Positions 9,157 to 17,955 of a stretch of DNA of 64,000 nt are shown here, piece by piece. The position numbers and the translations under genes were made by a program. The notes under the pieces are model-generated. The model was given only the letters and a program-made list of their open reading frames with translations. It ran no database searches and was not told the origin of the DNA. The DNA comes from Pseudobdellovibrionaceae bacterium (lineage in GTDB: Bacteria; Bdellovibrionota; Bdellovibrionia; Bdellovibrionales; UBA1609), in contig CP060220.1 in the NCBI GenBank assembly GCA_023898385.1, positions 76,993 to 140,992 on the forward strand, read 5' to 3'. Each line of letters begins with the position of its first letter. The first letter of the stretch is position 1.

Positions 9157-9681
9157 ATGGCTCCTAGCGACATGGTTCCCACGAAAAAGCTACTGTTTCA
9201 AAAGGTGGCTCTTTTTATCGACGCCGAAAACATAGAGCTCTCGGGCCTCAAGCACCACGAGGGGCGAACCAATTATCGAAAAATCATCGAAGAGGTGGGG
9301 GATCGAGAGATTGTTCGCATTTTATATTACAAGCCGATCTACAAAGACATATCGAAAGACTTTGAAAAATTTTGGGGTAGCCTAGGTGGCGAGATCAAGC
9401 GCCCCGACAAGAATGCCGACACCTTTTTAACCATTGATGCCGTGACCATGGCCGATAAGCTGGATGTGGCTATTATATTGGGAGGCGATAAGGACTTTCT
9501 GCCCCTAGTCTGGTATTTACGCTCCCGCGGCTGCCGCACGGAAATCTGGTCTTGGCCAGAGAGCACCTCACCAGAAGTTCAAGCGGCCGCAGATGCCTAC
9601 TATCCCTTGACCACAGAATATTTGGTCAAAGACGAAGAAAAGGCTCCACGGCGCACCCACCGCAGCAAGAAAAAAGCTTGA
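9157..9681 (+). CDS. NYN-domain (LabA/DUF88-like) putative RNase with basic tail
   Basis: VALFIDAENI...DVAIILGGDKDFLPLV is the NYN/LabA pattern. The C-terminus is RRTHRSKKKA. Confidence 0.7.
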   Translation: MAPSDMVPTKKLLFQKVALFIDAENIELSGLKHHEGRTNYRKIIEEVGDREIVRILYYKPIYKDISKDFEKFWGSLGGEIKRPDKNADTFLTIDAVTMADKLDVAIILGGDKDFLPLVWYLRSRGCRTEIWSWPESTSPEVQAAADAYYPLTTEYLVKDEEKAPRRTHRSKKKA

Positions 9682-9729
9682 TGCCCAGAAAAATTGAGGC
9701 ATACTACGAGGCCTTGCAAAACCCAGCAT

Positions 9730-9806
9730 GCAGCCGTAGCTCAATTGGATAGAGCACTTGGCTTCGGACCAAGGGGTTGGGAGTTCGAGTCTTCCCGGCT
9801 GCACCA
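9730..9806 (+). tRNA. tRNA-Arg (anticodon UCG)
   Basis: Folded manually. The 7-bp acceptor pairs GCAGCCG with CGGCTGC. D arm GCTC/GAGC. Anticodon stem CTTGG/CCAAG with loop CTTCGGA. T arm GGGAG-TTCGAGT-CTTCC. CCA is encoded. Confidence 0.9.
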
Positions 9807-9811
9807 ATTTT

Positions 9812-9837
9812 TCGCAGAGCTCGCAAGGCGAGCGAAC
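9812..9837 (+). repeat. 26-nt hairpin repeat, copy 1 (nested in a larger hairpin 9807-9844)
   Basis: TCGCAGAGCTCGCAAGGCGAGCGAAC. The inner stem is GCTCGC/GCGAGC and the outer stem is ATTTTTCG/CGAAAAAT. It abuts the tRNA 3' end. Confidence 0.7.
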
Positions 9838-9914
9838 GAAAAATTGGTGAAGAAGCTGAAGGAGCATGAGCGCGCGTGCTAACCGCACGCCGCGTATGCG
9901 ACTGAAAATCAAGT

Positions 9915-9940
9915 CAAATTGCGGCCCCGCCCGCAATTTG
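9915..9940 (+). other. Perfect 10-bp stem hairpin
   Basis: CAAATTGCGG-ccccgc-CCGCAATTTG. Confidence 0.6.
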
Positions 9941-9947
9941 AAAATCC

Positions 9948-9973
9948 TCGCAGAGCTCGCAAAGCGAGCGAAC
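9948..9973 (+). repeat. 26-nt hairpin repeat, copy 2
   Basis: TCGCAGAGCTCGCAAAGCGAGCGAAC, with 25 of 26 positions identical to copy 1. The single difference is in the loop. Confidence 0.7.
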
Positions 9974-9998
9974 CCTTCTTGCGCTGAGTTCAAATCCT

Positions 9999-10637
9999 GT
10001 GAAAGCAAAAGAATCCGCTCGCATAATCACACCAGAACTGACAGATCTGAAAATCATTGCTGACCAAGAGCTTATAGAAAAACTGGAGAAAATTCGCGGA
10101 CTTCTTGCACACAAGACCTCTCAACTCTCTCACTGCGAATTGCTGCATGCAATTTGTGATATCGCTATTGAAGACCTTAAGCCTAAAAAACCAAGTCAAA
10201 AGGATCTGCAAAATGTCGACAAAACTACGGCGCAACAAGTATGTTTGCGTCAATAGCATCGACGAACTGCCATTCCTCATTCGGTGAAACGGGTCGTGTA
10301 TCATCGCGATCACGGACATTGTGTTCGCTGTGGATCCACACGTGCCCTGCAGTATGATCACATTCAGCCTATTTGTTTAGGTGGCCGCAATGATGTGTCT
10401 AATTTGCGGCTAACTTGCCGGTCTTGTAATCAACGATTTGCTATAGAAAAGCTAGGAAATGAGACGATGGAAGCCCACCTAATAACAATTGATTTAGTTA
10501 CGGACATGAGTTCCGTTTTTTGGTTTCCATCTGCGGATAAATATTCACCAACAGTGTTGCCATTACTAACTAGAATGAGAGCCGAAGAGTCATTGGATTT
10601 TGCTTTTGAAAGAATTGTATCTATATTCATCAACTAG
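9999..10637 (+). pseudogene. HNH endonuclease, interrupted by an in-frame TAG and truncated at the 3' end
   Basis: ORFs 9999..10256 and 10284..10637 share one frame, separated only by TAG 10254-10256. Read-through gives ...RRTAIPHSVKRVVYHRDHGHCVRCGS...DHIQPICLGGRNDVSNLRLTCRSCN, a typical HNH core. After about nt 10481 the frame runs antisense through another gene stub. Confidence 0.75.
10484..10633 (-). pseudogene. 5' stub (~50 codons) of a beta-lactamase/PBP-type serine hydrolase
   Basis: IDTILSKAKSNDSSALILVSNGNTVGEYL...MSVTKSIV resembles the N-terminus through the SxxK motif. Similarity stops where it meets the HNH remnant. Confidence 0.5.
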
Positions 10638-10669
10638 CTCGACGCCCTATCGCCTCCAAAGAAACAGAC

Positions 10670-11288
10670 ACCTACGGTACCGGTACCTGATCTACATCGG
10701 GAAAGGTTACTAGGTTTTGAGTCCAATTGTAAATCCCTAATGAGCTCTCTTCGCCAAACGCGGCTGAGTGGCCGCCGGGGAAATAACCAAACTGAGTGAC
10801 TCAGGGAACGTTCATTTTTCGAGCTACGGCCATGGATTCTTCCGCGGGCACGGCGTTGTCGTTTTCACCAAAACTAAAAAACACACGGCCGAGATCAGAA
10901 AACACTCGTTTGGCCAGCTCCGTGTCGTCCACTCTGTCGCCGGGAGGTGGATTTTGGTCAATCTCGTCGACCATTTCATGCAGCCACTGAGGAGTATCCG
11001 CTGAGAGCTGAGTGATGGCTTGAAACTCATCGATCATCCAAGGTTCATAGGGTACCCTCTGCATTAATTCAGGGACCATGCTTCGATCAGTAAATCCCGG
11101 AGTTAGCATTGAACTTGAAAGAATGTAGTTAAGTAGCTCGACTTCGCTATGGCCAGTAGAGAGAAACTTTTCCATCTGCGGGCGATCCATCTCTAGCATT
11201 TCATGAACTGTTTTTAAGAAATTTTTCTCCCAATCGCCTTTCTTACCTGGACCCAAATAGTACCACAGACTATGAATGTTTGATTCAT
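10670..11288. repeat. 619-bp direct repeat, copy 1
   Basis: Constant offset of 5516 nt to copy 2 with no indels. I counted about 20 mismatches by eye. Confidence 0.9.
10672..11288 (-). pseudogene. 3' fragment copy of the S33 alpha/beta-hydrolase gene, with a nonsense mutation
   Basis: It matches the last ~205 codons of 16188..17639. GGA became TGA at 10801-10803 (equivalent to 16317-16319). TGA lies in frame just upstream of the homology end, so there is no N-terminal part. Confidence 0.85.
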
Positions 11289-11391
11289 CCAGCTTGGGAA
11301 GAGATCAAGCCCCCAGCGGCACCGCCAATTAAGATTCCAGTTAAAATATTTTTTTTGCTCGCGTTTTCAAATTTAAATCTGAGATTTTCTG

Positions 11392-12489
11392 TTAAAAATC
11401 CCCTGACCAACTCAGGGCCATGCCGGTGCCCGTTGTGGTCTGCTCTGTAATGTTAGTTTTGATGGCCTTGGAGCCATACCAGGTTTGTAGAGCAAGCTCA
11501 TAGCCCAGCACTGTTTTTGAACCCGTGATGTCAATTCGATATCCGGCACCGCCTTCAACTTCAACTAGGTCCTTGCGGCCGGCAAGCAAACTATCATAGG
11601 AGATCCCGAGCTCTAAACCAACTTCCCAGGGAGCCTTGGTGAGAAATCTTAAATTGGGACCCAGCTTTGGCACTCCAATGTTCACTAAAGCCAATGCGCC
11701 TGAATTTGTGGTTATCACGGGTACTTGAGTGTAGCCTGCGGCAATCCCGGCGATCCAATTGGGTTGGAGCTTCCACCCGAAGCCAGCGGTAAAATCCAGA
11801 GTTTGAAGGCCCCCAACACTATAGTTTTCATTGCCCACCAAAAACCTAGATTCAAAGAGGAATTTATCCCAAAATCCGTATTCCACATTAAGATCAATAG
11901 ATTGATTGAGACCGGAGGCCCTCGAAGCGCCGCTTCCCGACAACAAGTCCTTGGTTTTAATAAAATTGTAATAAAATCCCAAACCCATCACTGAGTGAAA
12001 ACCCCAGTCTCCACCACTTTCAGGTTTAGCCCTTACCTCGCTCACCATCTGCTGGGCCTTATTTGCCACCGACCGAGGAATAGCCCTGGCTGATTCACTT
12101 TGGCTTGGGCTCAAATTTTGATGATTTGGCTTGGCAGCAGAGTTGCCATAGTAGATCTGCGAACCAATATAAAAATTGTAGTTCACAACGCGACCATCCG
12201 TAGAGGTTGCGAACTCTGGCATAGCCGCAATGGGCATCAGCAGCTTCACCCCAGGGCTCACCAAATTTGGGTCTTTTAGCTGCGGGTTTTTTGAGAGTAT
12301 TTCGGCAACCAATTGCTTGGGGCTCAATAGACCACTTTTTACAAAGGGAGACCGGCGCACCACCTGATAGATCCACTCACCGGACTTCATTTCGTACTCT
12401 TGCCACAACAAATACTGGGTGGCATCGCCGCCAATACTGTTTTGACAAAAGAGCATGATGGCCACTATTGCCAGAAAAAACTGCCTCAT
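11392..12489 (-). CDS. Secreted protein with LysM-like N-domain and C-terminal beta-barrel-like region
   Basis: Signal peptide MRQFFLAIVAIMLFCQNSIGG. YQVVRRSP...PKQLVAEILSKNPQLKDPNLVSPGVKLLMP is LysM-like. Alternating-hydrophobic strands end in ...ALSWSGDF, an aromatic terminus. Confidence 0.6.
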   Translation of the reverse strand: MRQFFLAIVAIMLFCQNSIGGDATQYLLWQEYEMKSGEWIYQVVRRSPFVKSGLLSPKQLVAEILSKNPQLKDPNLVSPGVKLLMPIAAMPEFATSTDGRVVNYNFYIGSQIYYGNSAAKPNHQNLSPSQSESARAIPRSVANKAQQMVSEVRAKPESGGDWGFHSVMGLGFYYNFIKTKDLLSGSGASRASGLNQSIDLNVEYGFWDKFLFESRFLVGNENYSVGGLQTLDFTAGFGWKLQPNWIAGIAAGYTQVPVITTNSGALALVNIGVPKLGPNLRFLTKAPWEVGLELGISYDSLLAGRKDLVEVEGGAGYRIDITGSKTVLGYELALQTWYGSKAIKTNITEQTTTGTGMALSWSGDF

Positions 12490-12650
12490 GATAAGACATC
12501 GGCTGATTATGGTCTGGACTTAAGAAAACCACAACGACCTGTACTTTTGTAGGGCTCGGACTTTGCTCACGAATCTCGCCGGCCACCCACAGACCATGGG
12601 CTAGGGCGGTTTTGGTAGGTCCAACAGCAGTTCTTTGCTATAATTTGTGG

Positions 12651-13832
12651 ATGAGATTGTCTTTTAAAATTATAGTTACTGCAGTGGCTGCATTTGTCTT
12701 TTTAAACTTGGGCTGCAACAAAAATCCACTGGGTGACGACTCCCAAGACTCATCTTTCAGCCCCGGCACTAGCTTTGACACTCAGGCGCCCACAGCCCCT
12801 GCATCCATCGTCCTCTCCGGCGTGGCCTCCACCACCATGACCCCCACTGCCACTTGGGGTGATAGTACAGATGACAGTGGTGTCACAGGATATGAAGTGG
12901 CCTTAGGGACCAGTCAAGGTGGTGAAGAGGTTCAACCTTATTCCGATTTGGGTATTACCAATAGCTATCAATTCTCCAGCCTATCTCCGGCACTAACCAC
13001 TGCTACGGCTTTTTTCATTTCTGTTAGAGCTAAGGACGAGGCCGGCAATATTGGCGAAGCTGTTTCAGCCTCCTTTTATAGCCCCGGACTTGCTACAAGC
13101 AACGGCGCCTTTCAGTACCCGGATACCACCTTTGCAGTGAGCTGTTTGGAGTACCTTAATTCCATCAGCTATAACTCTGAAGGCGATGGTCTGTATTGGC
13201 TTGATCCCGACGGTGCTGGTGGCAATTCGGAGCTTAAAGCCCATTGTGATATGACTCGAGATGGCGGAGGTTGGACGCTTTTTTCCAATCGAAGAATTCA
13301 CGGTAGCAATATTGAAAGTTGTCAAACCGGGCTCAATTCCTTTTTTCAAAACGCCTGCGGCAGCCCTGACCTTATTACCAGTGCTGATAGCTATAGCCTG
13401 GGCAACACCAGTGTACGCGAAAACATTCTCAGTAGTGGTGAATGGCTATTTGTTCAGTTCGATGGATCCGATGTGGAAGACTCTGATGACGCCTTTATTA
13501 TCCACCATGGCAGCGACTTGTTCTTTACTTCCACAGGAGTGCTGAACCGAACTGCGGTTACAAAAGTTTGCGATATCAACAACTCCAACTGCGACTCGGC
13601 CGGGGTGGAGTTTTTGTGGGCCGGTGATGGTTACTTTTCTAGTGCCCGCTGCAACACTGGGTATTCTCCCGCAGGCGTAACCTACTTCGGCAATTATGGT
13701 TATTGTCACAATGGGAATGCCAACTACAACGCAAACTCCTTGTTTGGCAATCGCGATCAATATGTGGAAACAAAACTTTGGGGCCATCCCAGCGGCGGCG
13801 GCGCCTATTATGAGCGGATCTTTCTGCGATAG
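12651..13832 (+). CDS. Lipoprotein with Fn3-like domain and fibrinogen-like YCDxxxxGGGW domain
   Basis: Lipobox FLNLGC at internal ATG 12651. SCLEYLNS...DGLYWLDPDGAGGNSELKAHCDMTRDGGGWTLFSNRR matches the start of fibrinogen C-terminal domains. Confidence 0.7.
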   Translation: MRLSFKIIVTAVAAFVFLNLGCNKNPLGDDSQDSSFSPGTSFDTQAPTAPASIVLSGVASTTMTPTATWGDSTDDSGVTGYEVALGTSQGGEEVQPYSDLGITNSYQFSSLSPALTTATAFFISVRAKDEAGNIGEAVSASFYSPGLATSNGAFQYPDTTFAVSCLEYLNSISYNSEGDGLYWLDPDGAGGNSELKAHCDMTRDGGGWTLFSNRRIHGSNIESCQTGLNSFFQNACGSPDLITSADSYSLGNTSVRENILSSGEWLFVQFDGSDVEDSDDAFIIHHGSDLFFTSTGVLNRTAVTKVCDINNSNCDSAGVEFLWAGDGYFSSARCNTGYSPAGVTYFGNYGYCHNGNANYNANSLFGNRDQYVETKLWGHPSGGGAYYERIFLR

Positions 13833-13942
13833 AGGATGTGTGCCGCCTAAGAGCGAAAAACCCCAAAAAGACCTGCTTTTCAGCTTGATATTGTACCTAG
13901 CGCAAGTTAGCAAGTGAACCCTATGACAATATTGGGCGGACC

Positions 13943-14569
13943 ATGAATTTCGATCGAAAACGGAAACCTAAAGACCCTTGCAAAAGGTGCTTCTTGCACA
14001 AGGATTTCTGTTTGTGCTCTTCCATTCCGTCGTTGTCGCTGCGAACCAAAATCAGCCTAATAATTCACAAACGTGAGCTCAAGCGAACTTCAAATACTGG
14101 CCGCCTAGCTATTGAGGCACTTACTAACTCTGAAATGCGGACTCGCGGCGAACACTGTAGCCCATTAGAACTTAGCGACTTGCTCACAAATGATTACCAA
14201 ACCCTATTGCTCTACCCCACTGAGGATGCCACGCCTCTCACGAAAGACTATGTTGCAAATTTTAGCAAACCTATTCAGCTCATCGTGCCCGATGGCAACT
14301 GGAGACAGGCCAGCAAAGTGAACACTCGCCACAAAGAACTGGCCAATGTACCGAGAGTAAAAGTTGTCACTATAAATGCCGATCTCGCACTGATGCGAAA
14401 AGAGACCACTGAAAATGGCATGGCCACACTGCAAGCCATTGCCTATGCCCTTGGCACTATTGAGGGGGCGAATGTGAAACAGCAACTGCTTAGCCTTTAT
14501 GAGAAAAAGCTTTTGCGCACCCTCCAAGGCCGCGGCACCATGCCTGCTAGCGGCCATGGGATCAGCTGA
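13943..14569 (+). CDS. DTW-domain protein (tRNA-uridine aminocarboxypropyltransferase family)
   Basis: CKRCFLHKDFCLC cysteine cluster, LLYPTEDATPL, and LIVPDGNWRQA (the DTW-equivalent motif). Confidence 0.75.
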   Translation: MNFDRKRKPKDPCKRCFLHKDFCLCSSIPSLSLRTKISLIIHKRELKRTSNTGRLAIEALTNSEMRTRGEHCSPLELSDLLTNDYQTLLLYPTEDATPLTKDYVANFSKPIQLIVPDGNWRQASKVNTRHKELANVPRVKVVTINADLALMRKETTENGMATLQAIAYALGTIEGANVKQQLLSLYEKKLLRTLQGRGTMPASGHGIS

Positions 14570-14984
14570 ATTTGTTACGCCCCATAAAAGCAATAGTTCA
14601 CAACTAGGTTTGGGCCTGATAGCGTCAAATATTTAAGGGGGATGTTATGCAATTGAGTCTAATTACTTCGCGCAAAACCTTTGCGCCATTTTTTTGGACA
14701 CAGAATCTTGGGCCAACCGCCTTGGCAATTGAGATGTTGTAGGTGAATCTGACAATGGCACCGACGGCTATTAAATCAATATCTGTTGTGAAGCCGATGA
14801 GGCAGCCATTCTCGATTGGCCATAAAACCCCCAAGAATAGTTACCATGGCTAAATACGGAGCTTGAGAATAAATGTCCGGTTATTGCTCGGAGTTAAGTG
14901 AGAATAAAAGGTTACCTGCCCTTTGGTCTCCTGAAATATCTCAATCGAATCCTTTACCGCATATTTTGGATGAACTATGCGATC

Positions 14985-16031
14985 TTAATAGATTCCGGAG
15001 GCAATGTAAATTTGACCGTGGCTATGTGACGTGCCATCCAAATCATAGTGCTCTTCACGGTCTTCATTGGCGCTGACCAGATCGGGCAAAGCATGTGTTT
15101 TCTTTTTAGGGGTAGTATCTTTCCCATAGAGATCTGTGAAGGCCTCATACAGCGAGGGGTAATGAAACTTGAATCTGTTGGCAAGCAGCACCCCGGGCAT
15201 CGCTCGTTGGCTAAAAAGAAAGAGTTCTTCGGTGGGGCCGGGCAAACTTCGCAATAGCCACGGCGGGGTTTTAATCAACACCGGGCGATGAAGAGCATCA
15301 CCAAGGAGTACTGAGAAATCCATATTATGCACTGGTTTTTGTGAGCAGGCATTTACTGGTCCTGTGACCACCGGATTTTCAAGGGCAAATACATAGGCGC
15401 GAATCGCATCTTCGATGTGAATCCAGCTGATCCACTGCTCACCAGACCCGAGGATGCTACCGAGCCCGGTTTTAAATATGGGTTCCAAAAATTTCAATAG
15501 ACCTTGTCCTTTGTTGAGGATGAGGCCACAGCGCAGCGACACTGTTCGCGAAGATAGATCCTTTCGTTGCAAAAGCTCACGCTCCCAGTTCACGCACACA
15601 TTGGCCAGAAAGTCCTGGCCGGCTTTAGCCTCTTCACTTATCAAATCATCGCCGCAATCGCCATAGTATCCCACAGCAGACGCACTGACCACGACGTCTA
15701 CAGAATGATTGGGCTTACTTACGATGGTGTCGACGATTTTTCTTAATCCCAACACCCGCGAGCCATAGATTTTTTGACGCCCCTTTTTCGTAAAAACATT
15801 GGGAACAAGAGGAGCTCCCGCTAAATGCACAACGGCATTCACACCTGACAACGCCTTCGGATCAAGGGATTTTGATGCCTCCCATTGAAGGATACGTCGG
15901 GCTTGAGGGATGCGCGTGTAGGCTTGTTCTACATCTCGAGCTAGGGCCCAAATTTCATGCCCGCGCCGAGACAGTTCAGCCACTAAATGCGTACCCACCA
16001 TTCCCGTGGCTCCGGATATTAAAACTCTCAT
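14985..16031 (-). CDS. TIGR01777/YfcH-like NAD-dependent epimerase family protein
   Basis: MRVLISGATGMVGTHLV Rossmann motif at internal ATG 16031. The C-terminal region resembles DUF1731. Confidence 0.75.
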   Translation of the reverse strand: MRVLISGATGMVGTHLVAELSRRGHEIWALARDVEQAYTRIPQARRILQWEASKSLDPKALSGVNAVVHLAGAPLVPNVFTKKGRQKIYGSRVLGLRKIVDTIVSKPNHSVDVVVSASAVGYYGDCGDDLISEEAKAGQDFLANVCVNWERELLQRKDLSSRTVSLRCGLILNKGQGLLKFLEPIFKTGLGSILGSGEQWISWIHIEDAIRAYVFALENPVVTGPVNACSQKPVHNMDFSVLLGDALHRPVLIKTPPWLLRSLPGPTEELFLFSQRAMPGVLLANRFKFHYPSLYEAFTDLYGKDTTPKKKTHALPDLVSANEDREEHYDLDGTSHSHGQIYIASGIY

Positions 16032-16185
16032 GTACAGCACCTCAAACTGTTGATGTTGCAACTAATATTCCGCATGCTTTGAAGGTGAATAGGTTGAAGA
16101 TTAGACCTGGGTTACGAAGACGTATCAATGGGTGACACTACGTAACCAAAGTTGCAACGCCCTGTAGCCACAAATGGAAGCAGGT

Positions 16186-16804
16186 ACCTACGGTACAGGC
16201 ACTTGATCTACATCGGGAAAAGTTTCTAGGTTTTGAGTCCAATTGTAAATCCCTAATGAGCCCTCTTCGCCAAACGCGGCTGAGTGGCCGCCGGGGAAAT
16301 AACCAAATTGAGTGACTCCGGGAACGTTCATTCTTCGAGCTACGGCCATGGATTCTTCCGCGGGCACGGCGTTGTCGTTTTCACCAAAACTAAAAAACAC
16401 ACGGCCGAGATCAGAAAACACTCGTTTGGCCAGCTCCGTGTCGTCCACTCTGCCGCCGGGAGGTGGATTTTGGTCAATCTCGTCGACCATTTCATGCAGC
16501 CACTGAGGGGTATCCGCTGAGAGCTGAGTGATGGCTTGAAACTCATCGATCATCCAAGGCTCATAGGGTACCCGCTGCATTAATTCAGGGACCATGCTTC
16601 GATCAGTAAACCCCGGCGTTAGCATTGAACTGGAAAGAATGTAGTTAAGTAGCTCGACTTCGCCATGGCCAGTAGAGAGAAACTTTTCCATCTGCGGGCG
16701 ATCCATCTCTAGCATTTCATGAACTGTTTTTAAGAAATTTTTCTCCCAATCGCCTTTCTTACCTCGACCCAAATAGTACCACAGACTATGGATGTTTGAT
16801 TCAT
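16186..16804. repeat. 619-bp direct repeat, copy 2 (inside the intact hydrolase gene)
   Basis: See copy 1. Homology starts 2 nt outside the stop codon at 16188. Confidence 0.9.
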
Positions 16805-17639
16805 TCAGAGCCAATGCCACAAATTTTTCTTTGAGTTGACCTAAGAGCTGGTCAATGTCGGGGTAAGCTTCTTTCAGCTGAAGATTGAGTTGGCGTTGCT
16901 CTTCCCTGCGAGCCACACTGGAGTTCATGGTGTCCAGACCGGGGATGACGGCGCTGGCAAAAATGGCGCGCTTTGGTTTACGCAAAACGCGATCGTCCAT
17001 CAGGTAGCGCATCAATGGAGCACCCCCGTAACTTTGCCCCAACATATAAAATTCAACGCCTTCGGGTATCAATTTCGAGATCACTTGGGCATGATCCAAG
17101 GCCACCTCTTCGGCCTTAAAGTATTGAGCCACTATTTCAGGTCGAATATTTGGGTGGCTCATATCAAGCGGCGCGGAATACCCATCGGTACCCCGTTGAT
17201 CAATGGCTATGATACGAAAATATTTTGAAAGATACCCGATGCGATTAGTGAAGGGGTCAAAGTTTTCAATATTGCTATAATTAAAATCATAGCTGCGGAA
17301 GGTTTTTGAAGGCATGCCGGGGCCGCCATTGATCGCCACAAGTAAGGGGGCTTCACTGTTGCGAACCCCAGTTTTGACTTCGTCAAAGGTGGGAAATACG
17401 CGGTAAAAAACCTCAATTTGTGGGCCTTGCGGGCGGTCGTAGTCCAGCGGGACTGTCACAAAACCGCGTTTTTCAAAGAGGTGATCCAGAGAGATTGTTT
17501 TTTTCTGATAGGGGATGCTTTGGAGGGTATCCAAGGAGGAGTGGCCCCAAAGAATTTCTTTACAATTTCGAGGCTGGCCGTGGGCAGCAGACAAAAACAC
17601 CGTCCATACAACTAATGAGCCAAATAGAAATTTTATCAT
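16188..17639 (-). CDS. Secreted alpha/beta hydrolase, S33 (prolyl aminopeptidase-like) family
   Basis: Signal peptide MIKFLFGSLVVWTVFLSAAHG at ATG 17639. INGGPGMPS, AIDQRGTDGYS, the nucleophile elbow GQSYGG, and PGGHSA. Confidence 0.8.
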   Translation of the reverse strand: MIKFLFGSLVVWTVFLSAAHGQPRNCKEILWGHSSLDTLQSIPYQKKTISLDHLFEKRGFVTVPLDYDRPQGPQIEVFYRVFPTFDEVKTGVRNSEAPLLVAINGGPGMPSKTFRSYDFNYSNIENFDPFTNRIGYLSKYFRIIAIDQRGTDGYSAPLDMSHPNIRPEIVAQYFKAEEVALDHAQVISKLIPEGVEFYMLGQSYGGAPLMRYLMDDRVLRKPKRAIFASAVIPGLDTMNSSVARREEQRQLNLQLKEAYPDIDQLLGQLKEKFVALALNESNIHSLWYYLGRGKKGDWEKNFLKTVHEMLEMDRPQMEKFLSTGHGEVELLNYILSSSMLTPGFTDRSMVPELMQRVPYEPWMIDEFQAITQLSADTPQWLHEMVDEIDQNPPPGGRVDDTELAKRVFSDLGRVFFSFGENDNAVPAEESMAVARRMNVPGVTQFGYFPGGHSAAFGEEGSLGIYNWTQNLETFPDVDQVPVP

Positions 17640-17955
17640 CAAGTTAACCTCAGGTTCAGGCGACGTACTGAAGGAGATCTTAATACCAGCTAGGGCTTTG
17701 AAACTCCAGCCGAAGAGCGGAGTGGACAATCATTACAGGGTTTAGAGTGGGCAATGTCCTGGGTCAACAGTTAGACGCCTTTTAAGCCCAGGTAGAAGCG
17801 TTTTTTTGCGTACAATATCAAGTATCTTCAAAAACCCTGGGTTGGTGCCATGACCTGTTGCCCAGCAATTCGATGAGGTCTCATTTTGTGACAGTGGCGA
17901 CTTGTTGGCTGGGTTTTTTTGACATTGGCAGGGATTGCCACAACGGAAAAAACCA

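Noticed and set aside
9568-10063. ORFs 9568..10008 (-), 9694..9882 (+) and 9866..10063 (+) around the tRNA
   Set aside because: They run through the tRNA gene and the hairpin repeats, so they are not coding.
10768-11030. Antisense ORFs that look conserved between 10768..11030 and 16284..16546
   Set aside because: The conservation is simply the 619-bp DNA duplication. The sense-strand hydrolase frame explains the sequence.
11289-11391. Glycine-zipper-like peptide (...NILTGILIGGAAGGLISSQAG*) on the minus strand
   Set aside because: There is no start codon in frame within the segment. At best it is another C-terminal remnant.
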